Shown here piece after piece: positions 28,435 through 36,461 of a DNA stretch of 64,000 nt. The position numbers were made by a program, and so were the translations under genes. Below the pieces are notes generated by a model. That model was given only the letters and a program-made list of their open reading frames with translations. It was not told the origin of the DNA and did no database searches. This stretch comes from Escherichia phage FL20. How positions within the stretch are numbered: position 1 is the first letter of the stretch; the number at the start of each line of letters is the position of its first letter. Location of the stretch: the sequence record PP400781, one strand, 5' to 3'.

Positions 28435-28503
28435 TGTTTGATTCTCCTAAGTGGTATCTCGTCTTGATGGTTGTATTGTAGGGGAGTTATCCTCCCCTGT
28501 CAA
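28435..28503 (-). promoter_or_regulatory. PeSL-like early promoter cassette
   Basis: TTGACA / palindromic spacer GGGGAGGATAACTCCCC / TACAAT / leader / AGGAGAATC RBS. Confidence 0.7.
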
Positions 28504-28550
28504 CACTTTTTATAAAATTATTTGTTAATTTCTGGTGCGTTGCTAGGATA

Positions 28551-28685
28551 TTAACCTTCTTTAACTCCGAGGTATTTCGCAACCATCCCTACAATCTTCT
28601 GTGCTACTACAATGTCAAATTTCAGATAATCTTCGCCGTGGGTTTCAATGATATATGCTTCACATGCTGCTTTAGTCTCGAACAT
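28551..28685 (-). CDS. truncated paralog of 31801..31968 (44 aa)
   Basis: MFETKAACEAYIIETHGEDYLKFDIVVAQKI; TAA replaces TAC, shortening it by 12 codons relative to the paralog. Confidence 0.45.
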   Translation of the reverse strand: MFETKAACEAYIIETHGEDYLKFDIVVAQKIVGMVAKYLGVKEG

Positions 28686-28747
28686 TTTTATTCTCCTATT
28701 TCGTTTCGTTATGTGTGTATTATAGGGGATCTCCCGATCCCCGTCAA
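28686..28747 (-). promoter_or_regulatory. PeSL-like early promoter cassette
   Basis: TTGACG / palindromic 17-nt spacer with two GATC / TATAAT / leader / RBS. Confidence 0.65.
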
Positions 28748-28761
28748 CAACTTTTTTAAAA

Positions 28762-29043
28762 TTATTCGTGATTAGTTTCGATGTTGTGCATTTTGCACCA
28801 GTTCAGCCAATCACCCAGATCCTGATAGTTAATTCTTTTATCTGCTGCCATCGTTTTTGTCTTGATACCCATATGTGCGTTATGAGTAAGCATTTTTACA
28901 GTGAACTCAATTTTATCACCTTTAGCTTTAACATCAACCAGTTTGGTCCACTGGCTACCAGCTCCGCGAATGTTCATACCAACGATGTTTCCGATGTATG
29001 CTTCTTTGTTTTTCAGGATTTCGGTTGCTTTGATGAATTTCAT
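28762..29043 (-). CDS. hypothetical small protein (93 aa)
   Basis: ORF downstream of PeSL. Confidence 0.5.
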   Translation of the reverse strand: MKFIKATEILKNKEAYIGNIVGMNIRGAGSQWTKLVDVKAKGDKIEFTVKMLTHNAHMGIKTKTMAADKRINYQDLGDWLNWCKMHNIETNHE

Positions 29044-29105
29044 TTTTGATTCTCCAGTTCGTTTCGGTATGTGTGTATTATGCTATGTTCTTACTTTGGT
29101 GTCAA
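29044..29105 (-). promoter_or_regulatory. PeSL-like early promoter cassette
   Basis: TTGACA / 17 nt / CATAAT / conserved leader ACACACATACCGAAACGAA / RBS. Confidence 0.65.
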
Positions 29106-29113
29106 CAACTTTT

Positions 29114-29383
29114 TTAGATATTTTCAGAAATAAATTTTAAAACTTGACGTAAATGTTTCTCATCTTTGATAGTCGCCGGAAGTTCTTCTTTTACTTCCTG
29201 TGCAAGATAGATATTTCCGTTCCAAGTGAAAGATCCGTCTTCGTTTACGCGATAGCTGAACATCCACTCGCAATCATTTTCGATTTCATATACACACAGA
29301 AGGGTGTAATCGTTAAAGCTATTGATTTCAAGGTCGAAGCCGTGACGTTTTGCAAAGTTGGTAGTGGTTTTAGTCAGCGCCAT
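29114..29383 (-). CDS. hypothetical small protein (89 aa)
   Basis: ORF downstream of PeSL. Confidence 0.5.
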   Translation of the reverse strand: MALTKTTTNFAKRHGFDLEINSFNDYTLLCVYEIENDCEWMFSYRVNEDGSFTWNGNIYLAQEVKEELPATIKDEKHLRQVLKFISENI

Positions 29384-29452
29384 TGTTTGATTCTCCTAAG
29401 TGGTATCTCGTTTCGATGGGTGTATTATGCTATAGGCGTGATCTGGTGTCAA
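29384..29452 (-). promoter_or_regulatory. PeSL-like early promoter cassette
   Basis: TTGACA / 17 nt / CATAAT / leader variant shared with cassette at 28435. Confidence 0.65.
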
Positions 29453-29476
29453 CAACTTTTTTAAAATTTTATGCAA

Positions 29477-29502
29477 TAAAAAAGCCGACACTAAGGTCGG
29501 CT
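29477..29502 (-). terminator. rho-independent terminator (minus strand)
   Basis: Minus-strand hairpin AGCCGACCttagTGTCGGCT followed by 7 U. Confidence 0.65.
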
Positions 29503-29509
29503 AATAAAA

Positions 29510-29818
29510 TCATTTAGACAAATAATCATTCAGTGCAATCCGGTTGGCGTATGCTGGTGTTACGTCAATCGCAATCACTTTAACGCGTGCTTTCTTGCGA
29601 CCTGGGTTTTCTCGTAACCAGTGCTCATGACCGTGAACATTTTTATACTGCGATGCTTCTTCGAAGGTACGGATCGGACCTGGATAATCTGCGTAAAGGA
29701 TCTCTAGGTCTTCGGTGATGTAAAAATATACATCATAATTACTGTTCTCTAGTTTAAGCAGAGACTTTCGGAACATTGGGAGATTTTCGCGGGTAAATTC
29801 AAAGATATTATCTTTCAT
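29510..29818 (-). CDS. small protein, HxHW family member A
   Basis: YDVYFYITEDLEILYADY ... HGHEHW ... VKVIAIDV; paralog of B-G. Confidence 0.55.
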   Translation of the reverse strand: MKDNIFEFTRENLPMFRKSLLKLENSNYDVYFYITEDLEILYADYPGPIRTFEEASQYKNVHGHEHWLRENPGRKKARVKVIAIDVTPAYANRIALNDYLSK

Positions 29819-29871
29819 AGTATTATCCTCAATAGTTGGATGAAAAGGGGTGGGGCTTAACGCCCCGTATA

Positions 29872-30159
29872 TTAAAACAGTCCTTCCTGTACACCGTAGT
29901 AGAGTTCATCGCTGATAATTTCATTAATGCGACGGTGTGCATATTCCTGATTTGCGAAGTTATCAGCAAGTTCTACTTTAGTTTCGCCGTCATGAGTCCA
30001 TTTAGTGATAACTTTACCATCTGCAAATTTGAAGTTGAACTCTTTAGCTACCGCATCGCGTACCAGACGTGCGAACTTGTTGTTACGGATTGCATTATCG
30101 GTTTCGTGTGCAGCGTGAGCGAATTTGTTAACTTTCAGAGTGATAGTAATGTATGCCAT
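29872..30159 (-). CDS. hypothetical small protein (95 aa)
   Basis: ORF downstream of PeSL. Confidence 0.5.
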   Translation of the reverse strand: MAYITITLKVNKFAHAAHETDNAIRNNKFARLVRDAVAKEFNFKFADGKVITKWTHDGETKVELADNFANQEYAHRRINEIISDELYYGVQEGLF

Positions 30160-30234
30160 AATTTGATTCTCCTAGTTAGAAAGTGTATCTCGTTTCGATG
30201 GGGATATTATGCTATACACCCGATCTTATGTCAA
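30160..30234 (-). promoter_or_regulatory. PeSL-like early promoter cassette
   Basis: TTGACA / 17 nt / CATAAT / leader / AGGAGAATC RBS. Confidence 0.65.
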
Positions 30235-30240
30235 CACTTT

Positions 30241-30519
30241 TTATAAAATAATTTTTTGATATTTTTCTATGATGTTTGTGTAGGTCACGTCAACCGCTAG
30301 CACCGTTGCTTCGAATCCACCGTTTAACCAATGGCTATGATCATGATCGTGAAAGAAACCTAGACCAGTACGAAGACCTTCTTTATATTCGGCGCGTACA
30401 TTTAGATCATCATCGATAAACAGATAAAACCATGAATTTTTACTAGGATTGATGATACAACCTTTCAGATTAGGGAGAATATCACGACTAAGAATAAACT
30501 TATCACCTACTTTGAGCAT
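30241..30519 (-). CDS. small protein, HxHW family member B
   Basis: WFYLFIDDDLNVRAEY ... HDHDHSHW ... ATVLAVDV; start at MLKVG. Confidence 0.55.
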   Translation of the reverse strand: MLKVGDKFILSRDILPNLKGCIINPSKNSWFYLFIDDDLNVRAEYKEGLRTGLGFFHDHDHSHWLNGGFEATVLAVDVTYTNIIEKYQKIIL

Positions 30520-30533
30520 AATATTTTCCTCAC

Positions 30534-30842
30534 TTATAAAGTTTGACCGTTGTTTTTCGCGTAATGCTGAATGCGTGCTTGATCTGCTTCCGCTGGTGAT
30601 AGATTCCATGCAACCACTACAACTTCTGACGCATCGTCATCCGTTTTTGATACCCAATGATTGTGATTCATACAGTTATTTGCTATCGAGTGAGAAAATG
30701 ATTGCGTCACTGGAGACGTATAATCATAGTAACGGATTTTCAGATTTTCATCAACGTACAAGTAGATCGTATACGGCTTATATTCAGTAACCAGTAACAG
30801 ACAGTTACGCAATTCTGGGAAAATCTTTTTAGTTAATTTCAT
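30534..30842 (-). CDS. small protein, HxHW family member C
   Basis: YTIYLYVDENLKIRYYDY ... NHNHW ... VVVVAWNL; start at MKLTKK. Confidence 0.5.
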   Translation of the reverse strand: MKLTKKIFPELRNCLLLVTEYKPYTIYLYVDENLKIRYYDYTSPVTQSFSHSIANNCMNHNHWVSKTDDDASEVVVVAWNLSPAEADQARIQHYAKNNGQTL

Positions 30843-30843
30843 T

Positions 30844-31062
30844 TTATAATCCTCGGTCGCGGCTATAGTACACGGTACGCCATACAATTTCATGTTTCGT
30901 GTCGCTCCAGCACACGATCTCATTTACTCTTAAATCTTTGTTATCAACAAAAGATGAACATTGTGACGCTTCTTTCATCATTTTATCTGCTGTTTTCTCA
31001 TCAAATACAGCACAGATTTCTTTATACACTCGATAATCTTTGAATTGACTCTGAATACCCAT
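30844..31062 (-). CDS. hypothetical small protein, tandem paralog 1
   Basis: FKDYRVYKEICAVFDEKTADKMMKEASQCSSF resembles the next ORF. Confidence 0.4.
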   Translation of the reverse strand: MGIQSQFKDYRVYKEICAVFDEKTADKMMKEASQCSSFVDNKDLRVNEIVCWSDTKHEIVWRTVYYSRDRGL

Positions 31063-31279
31063 AATTAACACCATTCCAACCAATTGTTTTTGAGAAAACG
31101 TTTATCCACTGTTGAGTGTAGCATGTTTCTTTCCATGATACAATACGAGTAGAATAATGGTTTTTGTTTCCAGAAAAGGACGGGCATTTTGATGCATCTT
31201 CCATCATCTTTTCGGCGAACTCTGGTGCGTATACTCGCAGGATCTGTTGATATGCTTTGTATTCTTTAAATTTGCTCAT
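31022..31279 (-). CDS. hypothetical small protein, tandem paralog 2
   Basis: FKEYKAYQQILRVYAPEFAEKMMEDASKCPSF resembles the previous ORF; 3' end overlaps it. Confidence 0.4.
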   Translation of the reverse strand: MSKFKEYKAYQQILRVYAPEFAEKMMEDASKCPSFSGNKNHYSTRIVSWKETCYTQQWINVFSKTIGWNGVNYGYSESIQRLSSV

Positions 31280-31544
31280 AATCATTCACTACCTTATCAG
31301 CTTCTTTTGTTGTTTTTACATCAACTGCGATAACTCGTAAAGGTTCGTCATGGTTCCACCAGTGGTCATGAATATCAGCTTGTGATTTATCACAAAAGGA
31401 ATCACGAATATCATTTTTACATTTATAGCTAATGTGACCGTCATAGTCAACATAAAGGTAATTATCGAAAATCGGCGTTTTTAAGATCATACCGAAAAAT
31501 CTTTCTTTGTGTGTCTTATCCAGTGTTGCAGTAATTCGCATCAT
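31266..31544 (-). CDS. small protein, HxHW family member D
   Basis: NYLYVDYDGHISYKC ... HDHWWNH ... LRVIAVDV. Confidence 0.55.
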   Translation of the reverse strand: MMRITATLDKTHKERFFGMILKTPIFDNYLYVDYDGHISYKCKNDIRDSFCDKSQADIHDHWWNHDEPLRVIAVDVKTTKEADKVVNDYEQI

Positions 31545-31556
31545 AATATATTCCTC

Positions 31557-31736
31557 TTAGAAAGGGATGGTCATTTCTTGAGCTTGTACATTCTCGTTAG
31601 GATTAAACTTCATCCAGCCGATATTGTCTACCAGCATATGCACATTTTTATCATATCCTACGTGGGTAGTCAATACTGTATGTGCTTTACCTTCAATGAT
31701 GAGTTCCATGTACTTCTGAACTTCGATAGCTTTCAT
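31557..31736 (-). CDS. hypothetical small protein (59 aa)
   Basis: ORF below track cutoff, immediately downstream of PeSL. Confidence 0.4.
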   Translation of the reverse strand: MKAIEVQKYMELIIEGKAHTVLTTHVGYDKNVHMLVDNIGWMKFNPNENVQAQEMTIPF

Positions 31737-31797
31737 TTTGATTCTCCGTTTGTTGTCTTGATGGGAGTATCTTACTACTCCCTTTAATCATTGTCAA
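31737..31797 (-). promoter_or_regulatory. PeSL-like early promoter cassette
   Basis: TTGACA / 17 nt / TAAGAT with hairpin GGGAGTAgtaagaTACTCCC overlapping -10. Confidence 0.6.
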
Positions 31798-31800
31798 CTA

Positions 31801-31968
31801 TTATTTGTTAATTTCCGGTGCGTTGCTCGGATAGTAACCTTCTTTAACACCTAGATATTTTGCAACCATTCCGGTGATCTTCTGTGCTACTACGATATCG
31901 AATTTCAGGTAGTCTTCACCGTGGTTTGCTACAATGTATGCTTCGCATTCTGCTTTAGTCTCGAACAT
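31801..31968 (-). CDS. hypothetical small protein (56 aa), full-length paralog of 28551..28685
   Basis: MFETKAECEAYIVANHGEDYLKFDIVVAQKITGMVAKYLGVKEGYYPSNAPEINK. Confidence 0.5.
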   Translation of the reverse strand: MFETKAECEAYIVANHGEDYLKFDIVVAQKITGMVAKYLGVKEGYYPSNAPEINK

Positions 31969-32031
31969 TTTTGATTCTCCTATATCTCGTTGGTATGTGT
32001 GCATTATAGGGGATCACCGATCCCCTGTCAA
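31969..32031 (-). promoter_or_regulatory. PeSL-like early promoter cassette
   Basis: TTGACA / GGGGATCGGTGATCCCC / TATAAT / leader / RBS. Confidence 0.7.
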
Positions 32032-32038
32032 CAACTTT

Positions 32039-32341
32039 TTATTCTTCGTCTTTATCTTTATATGCGTATTTCATAAATTTGTCTGCTACTTCGTCCGCGT
32101 TTTCAGGTTCTACATCTGACGCTAGGACAACAGCTAGTTCGGTTTTGTCGTTTCCATCATACCAATGATTATGAGTGTCTTTTTCTTCGATATAAAACGA
32201 ATCATTTGGAGTTGGGCGACAATATACGTCTAAATTCCCATCGATATAAAAGATCCAATCCGAATACAAAATGATTGTTTTAGCCAGATTTTTATTGTCT
32301 CTTACAAAAGGTTCCGCGACAAATAGCTTAGTTTGTTCCAT
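32039..32341 (-). CDS. small protein, HxHW family member E
   Basis: WIFYIDGNLDVYCR ... HNHWYDG ... ELAVVLASDV; start at MEQTK. Confidence 0.55.
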   Translation of the reverse strand: MEQTKLFVAEPFVRDNKNLAKTIILYSDWIFYIDGNLDVYCRPTPNDSFYIEEKDTHNHWYDGNDKTELAVVLASDVEPENADEVADKFMKYAYKDKDEE

Positions 32342-32357
32342 AGTAATTTCCTCAAAA

Positions 32358-32549
32358 TTATACAGCTTCGTAAACTTCCCAATGTCCAACACCAGCACGC
32401 TTAACGAAAAGGTTTTCTTTGATGTTATTCATAAACGTCTGGATGGATTTAATGCGGTTGGAAGGTTTCCAGTCTTCGTTGGCATTGCGGCGATACATCA
32501 TAACATTACCAGTTCGCTTATATTCAGCAACCATTTTAAGACCACACAT
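32358..32549 (-). CDS. hypothetical small protein (63 aa)
   Basis: ORF downstream of a variant cassette. Confidence 0.4.
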   Translation of the reverse strand: MCGLKMVAEYKRTGNVMMYRRNANEDWKPSNRIKSIQTFMNNIKENLFVKRAGVGHWEVYEAV

Positions 32550-32627
32550 AATATTATCCTCAATTTGTGGGAGAGTATTACCCTCCCGATTATTGTTATA
32601 CTACATTACGCAAAATGGCGTGTCAAT
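32550..32627 (-). promoter_or_regulatory. variant early promoter with leader stem-loop
   Basis: TTGACA / spacer / TATAAC, then hairpin GGGAGggtaatactCTCCC in leader, RBS GAGGATAA. Confidence 0.5.
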
Positions 32628-32926
32628 GCTTCTTTTGCTGTTCCGCTAAGATTCTCGATCTCTCCTGGCATAACATCAACCGCAAGAACTTCTACAACAT
32701 CCTCTGATCCTAACCAGTGAGTATGACCTTTGTAGAACTTGATAACCAGACTACCTTCCTCATCCCATTTAACGCTATCGCTAGCCCACCACACATCACC
32801 GTCGATAAAGTTGATGTAAAGCACACTACGCCACATTGAATCGGTTACTTTCAATATTGCGCCTTTCATCTCTTCCACGGTGTGGTCTTCCATTTTGAAG
32901 ACCTCGCCTACTTGAACTTTTGCCAT
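32606..32926 (-). CDS. small protein, HxHW family member F
   Basis: VLYINFIDGDVWWASD ... HTHWLGSED ... VEVLAVDV; start at MAKVQ. Confidence 0.55.
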   Translation of the reverse strand: MAKVQVGEVFKMEDHTVEEMKGAILKVTDSMWRSVLYINFIDGDVWWASDSVKWDEEGSLVIKFYKGHTHWLGSEDVVEVLAVDVMPGEIENLSGTAKEALTRHFA

Positions 32927-32927
32927 G

Positions 32928-33194
32928 TTACATGCTCCGAATATGTTTAGCTGCATCTTCCAGTTCGTCGATAGTGACACTGTGTGCCAGTAAGTGTACT
33001 GGTTGTGGTTCTTCACCTTCCATAGTATTGATCAGATGACCGTTTCCTGGGTGGAATGTATCGTTGCCGTTCCAAATAGCATACACATCATCTTCTGTTA
33101 CGTAGATAATAAGTCCAATCGGTGATTCTGGTAATTGAAAAATTTTACCCACTGCATCTTTGCGATTGTCTACGATATCTTTTACTGTCTTCAT
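32928..33194 (-). CDS. small protein, divergent HxHW-family-like member G
   Basis: GLIIYVTEDDVYAIW ... HPGNGH ... HLLAHSVTID; weaker motif match. Confidence 0.4.
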   Translation of the reverse strand: MKTVKDIVDNRKDAVGKIFQLPESPIGLIIYVTEDDVYAIWNGNDTFHPGNGHLINTMEGEEPQPVHLLAHSVTIDELEDAAKHIRSM

Positions 33195-33213
33195 TTAGTT
33201 ACCTCTCGTTAAA

Positions 33214-33393
33214 TTACATCACAATCACGCCAGCCGTAGAAAGTTGATGTTTCAACTGAGCATTTTCTGCTACCGTCAAATCAATGATTTCTTGTGACGC
33301 TGCAATCATATAACCATTGGTGATATTGTTTTGCATCAGTTCAATGGTTTCTTCGTTGTAGCGGATTTTAGCGATGATTTCGTTGAAGTTCAT
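33214..33393 (-). CDS. hypothetical small protein (59 aa)
   Basis: Start at MNFNEII just downstream of PeSL RBS. Confidence 0.4.
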   Translation of the reverse strand: MNFNEIIAKIRYNEETIELMQNNITNGYMIAASQEIIDLTVAENAQLKHQLSTAGVIVM

Positions 33394-33456
33394 TTTTGAT
33401 TCTCCTAGTTCGTTTCGGTATGTGTGTATTATAGGGGATCGGTGATCCCCTGTCAA
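33394..33456 (-). promoter_or_regulatory. PeSL-like early promoter cassette
   Basis: TTGACA / GGGGATCACCGATCCCC / TATAAT / leader / RBS. Confidence 0.7.
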
Positions 33457-33469
33457 CAACTTTTCTGAA

Positions 33470-33946
33470 TTATTTTTCTTGATGCTCGCGCTCGTACTTT
33501 TCGAAATAAAATTCTACTGGCTGGTCATGAATTGACAGCAAGCCAAAGCGTTTAGCCGCTCGCAATCCCATATTGCGCTGAATGTACTTCTGGAAGTTCT
33601 CGCGTATACACTTACGCCAGTATTCTAAGCCCATACAGCTTTTATAAAGATTGCATTGCACACACGCCGGATTCATGTTATCAAGTATATCATGCTCCGG
33701 TTTATGCATTCCTACAACCTTATACTTCCACGATCCATCATCATTACGGGCAATTCGTCCATTTTCATCATAGACTACCTTTGAGCGTCGCAATACTGGT
33801 TTGATGTGGTCTGCGTGCCAGCGATCCCCTAGTTCCTCGCCACAATAGGCGCAACGTCCACCATATTTCATTTTCAGGATCTGGCGTTGCTCTTTCTTTG
33901 ACAATTTTTTAGGTTTAGGGGCTTTCGCCCCTTCATTATCACACAT
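33470..33946 (-). CDS. HNH endonuclease
   Basis: CAYCGEEL...WHADHIKP...ACVQCN HNH zinc-finger motif; overlaps ligase 3' end by 8 nt. Confidence 0.75.
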   Translation of the reverse strand: MCDNEGAKAPKPKKLSKKEQRQILKMKYGGRCAYCGEELGDRWHADHIKPVLRRSKVVYDENGRIARNDDGSWKYKVVGMHKPEHDILDNMNPACVQCNLYKSCMGLEYWRKCIRENFQKYIQRNMGLRAAKRFGLLSIHDQPVEFYFEKYEREHQEK

Positions 33947-35441
33947 CGAATACCTCTTTTACTGTATTTGCAGTGGTCTTGTCGTAGCGAATACGTTTGA
34001 TGATTGGGAGAAATAAAGAGAACTCCGGTTCATCTTCTTTACGTGATTTGCTGCGGATATACCCGTTGCATGTCATCTCAATGACTTTTCCAATCAGGTT
34101 ATGACGGTCAGACCATAACATTTCTCTGTCAAGTTCATTTCGACGGTCAAACGGAATCACACGTTCAATACCATCATCGCCTTTTTCGGTTGTGGTGTCG
34201 GTCAATCCCGATCCGGTGTTAGTCATCATTCGTCCGCACGCACTACGGACAGTAAAACCTCCTACCTTATTAGGATCTTTACTATGCGGATATACATCAA
34301 CAATTTCCGCGTCGAAGTCAATCACTTCTTTAAATTTAACCTGATCTTTACTGCGACGATCTTCAAATACACCATGTAAATTTTTAAGGATAATACCTTC
34401 TAAGCCCATGTTTACATAGCGATGATATACTTCGCGAGCTTCATCGATATTGTTAACTACAGTATTTTCGATTATCTGAACACGAGGATCGTTAAGTTCT
34501 TCAACAATCTGTTTTAGTTCTTCGAATCGATCTTTATATTGCTTCGTTGCTTTCTCGTTTCCGTAATACACATCACGGTCGATAACATCCCAGACAGTGT
34601 AAACAATACATTGGGCTTCTTCTTTTGGAATAGTTCCTTTCAGTGATTTGTTGAGGATACCATTTCCGGTCTGACGGTCTGCAACAACGGATTCTTTTAC
34701 TGCTTCCGCTACTGGCGTTAATGGCATTTCCTCTTCTTCAAATATCCATGACAGAGTACCATCATAAACGCTTTCAACGAAGTTCTGCGCTGGTGTTTGC
34801 GAAAGGGTAGGCATATATACCAATTCGCCATCTAGAACAATTCCACGGCCTCGTAGACGCTCTAAAACCGCAAACAAATCATCAAGTCCCTGATAGGTAT
34901 TACCTGAGCGGGTATAGATTGCTAATGTTTCCCCGTCAATATCAGCCATACCACGAGCGCCATCGCTTTTAAGTTGTGCATACGCCGGATACTTGATATT
35001 AGCAATAGTCTTATCAGAACATGACGATGCAAGGTGACACGGTTGCTGGGGGATCAGTTTCTTCCATACCTTGTTTGCAGTGGTAGCGGAACAACCACAT
35101 TCCAGATCACGATTCAGAACCATCATTGCAACTTTAGCATCATCTTCTGACAAGCAAGTCAGAGTATCGGTAACTAGCTGTAATGCTGCGTTACCAGTTA
35201 CTTGACGCGTGGCAAGTTTATTTTTAAAGACCTGTAATGCACCGGATAAAGACAATACAGACGAATAGCGAGATGGTTTATCGTATTTCTTTACGCCAAA
35301 CGTAACCTGTTTGCAATATGCCAGATAAAAGCATTCTTTCAGTGTTTCATTGCTTGCAGATTCTTTCAGGATCTTTTCTTTCAGCGATGTTTTGTCGGTC
35401 GCTGCAAGCTGGTTAATGATATTAAGAATTGACATTTTCAC
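33939..35441 (-). CDS. 30: ATP-dependent DNA ligase
   Basis: Adenylation motif AQLKSDGARG (KxDG), C-terminal FKEVIDFDAEIV; colinear with T4 gp30 as recalled. Confidence 0.9.
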   Translation of the reverse strand: MKMSILNIINQLAATDKTSLKEKILKESASNETLKECFYLAYCKQVTFGVKKYDKPSRYSSVLSLSGALQVFKNKLATRQVTGNAALQLVTDTLTCLSEDDAKVAMMVLNRDLECGCSATTANKVWKKLIPQQPCHLASSCSDKTIANIKYPAYAQLKSDGARGMADIDGETLAIYTRSGNTYQGLDDLFAVLERLRGRGIVLDGELVYMPTLSQTPAQNFVESVYDGTLSWIFEEEEMPLTPVAEAVKESVVADRQTGNGILNKSLKGTIPKEEAQCIVYTVWDVIDRDVYYGNEKATKQYKDRFEELKQIVEELNDPRVQIIENTVVNNIDEAREVYHRYVNMGLEGIILKNLHGVFEDRRSKDQVKFKEVIDFDAEIVDVYPHSKDPNKVGGFTVRSACGRMMTNTGSGLTDTTTEKGDDGIERVIPFDRRNELDREMLWSDRHNLIGKVIEMTCNGYIRSKSRKEDEPEFSLFLPIIKRIRYDKTTANTVKEVFDV

Positions 35442-35901
35442 CTCGTTTTGTTAAACGTTCACGAATATCATTGAGGATACTACAAAATTCCGATTCAGTC
35501 AATATAGTCTTTAACGGATCAGTTCCACCTATGCTATGACGCAATTTCTTATTTCCGGTAGAGAGTAATGCTTTACAAAATTCTGGGTTATTCCGTGCCA
35601 TCGTAACAAATGCCAGATGTACCAGTCTGTAATAATGCTCACTCATTCGATGAATAGGGCGACCCTGAAAATATAACATGTGATTCTCAATCTTTTCAGT
35701 TCTTCCGGTTCTTTTTGCTTTGCCACCGTGCATCAAAAAGATTTCTCTTTGTCTCTGAGGGTTCTTAAATCTTAGCCCCTGTAAAAATCCTTCTGTGCTG
35801 TTAATATCGCAACCAAATAGACGGAATGGTCTTTTATTGAAGTTACTCAATTCACCCGATGGATAAGGTCCACCCGCATAGATATCAATTTCAGAAGTCA
35901 T
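35422..35901 (-). CDS. NADAR (YbiA-like) domain protein
   Basis: IYAGGPYPSGELSNF...STEGFLQGLRF resembles YbiA/NADAR N-terminal core; sits in the 30.x position. Confidence 0.6.
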   Translation of the reverse strand: MTSEIDIYAGGPYPSGELSNFNKRPFRLFGCDINSTEGFLQGLRFKNPQRQREIFLMHGGKAKRTGRTEKIENHMLYFQGRPIHRMSEHYYRLVHLAFVTMARNNPEFCKALLSTGNKKLRHSIGGTDPLKTILTESEFCSILNDIRERLTKRGENVNS

Positions 35902-36055
35902 TGAAACTAATCTCGCTAATCATAGAGAACGGATCATAATCGTCATGAGGAATATCGATAGTAATCGAATGAGGATTTACCCATACACCAAACTGGTCTT
36001 CTTCGGCGAATACTTCGGTATGGATTTCGTGGATGTTTACATTCATAGTTTTCAT
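35891..36055 (-). CDS. hypothetical small protein (54 aa)
   Basis: ORF below track cutoff; stop overlaps NADAR start (ATGACTTCTGA). Confidence 0.35.
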   Translation of the reverse strand: MKTMNVNIHEIHTEVFAEEDQFGVWVNPHSITIDIPHDDYDPFSMISEISFNDF

Positions 36056-36137
36056 AATAAAATTCCTTAATAATCAATAACTTACAAAATCATATAGCCA
36101 AAATATAGGCGGGATTATTACCCGCCGTTTAAAATCA

Positions 36138-36461
36138 TTAACCGTAAACTACCACAATATTCTGTTTGTGTGTTACAGTCCATTTCAGGTCGATCTCTTC
36201 TTCCTTCTTAACGCCGTTAATAACGTCTGGATGAGGAACTTTATTAAGTTTCCCATGAGGAAGCAACACAGTCTTGCCCAGCAATTCTTTATCAACGTTA
36301 TCGCCGATATCAATAATCTTACCGACTAAAGGAATCTCTCCCATAGTTCGTTTTTGCTCGATGATAATACCAAAATCGCTCTTTACTTCGGTCCCTGCGC
36401 TTTCCGCTTTAGCTTCAATGATCACATAGTCACCAAGTGCTTTAGGAGTTTTAACGGTCAT
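36138..36461 (-). CDS. 31: co-chaperonin for GroEL (GroES-like) gp31
   Basis: 107 aa; GroES-like beta pattern, position before cd. Confidence 0.75.
   Translation of the reverse strand: MTVKTPKALGDYVIIEAKAESAGTEVKSDFGIIIEQKRTMGEIPLVGKIIDIGDNVDKELLGKTVLLPHGKLNKVPHPDVINGVKKEEEIDLKWTVTHKQNIVVVYG

Noticed and set aside
28768-32720. Plus-strand ORFs in the hyperplastic region (28768..29049, 28901..29140, 29153..29464, 29836..30246, 30449..30790, 31509..31787, 32271..32720)
   Set aside because: All are antisense to minus-strand ORFs that carry cassette promoters and RBSs. They lack RBSs and have odd composition.
28435-33456. CRISPR array suggested by many similar ~65-bp repeats
   Set aside because: Repeats are spaced 200-400 bp irregularly, each precedes an ORF start, and they carry -35/-10/RBS signals. 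No cas genes are present. They are promoter cassettes.
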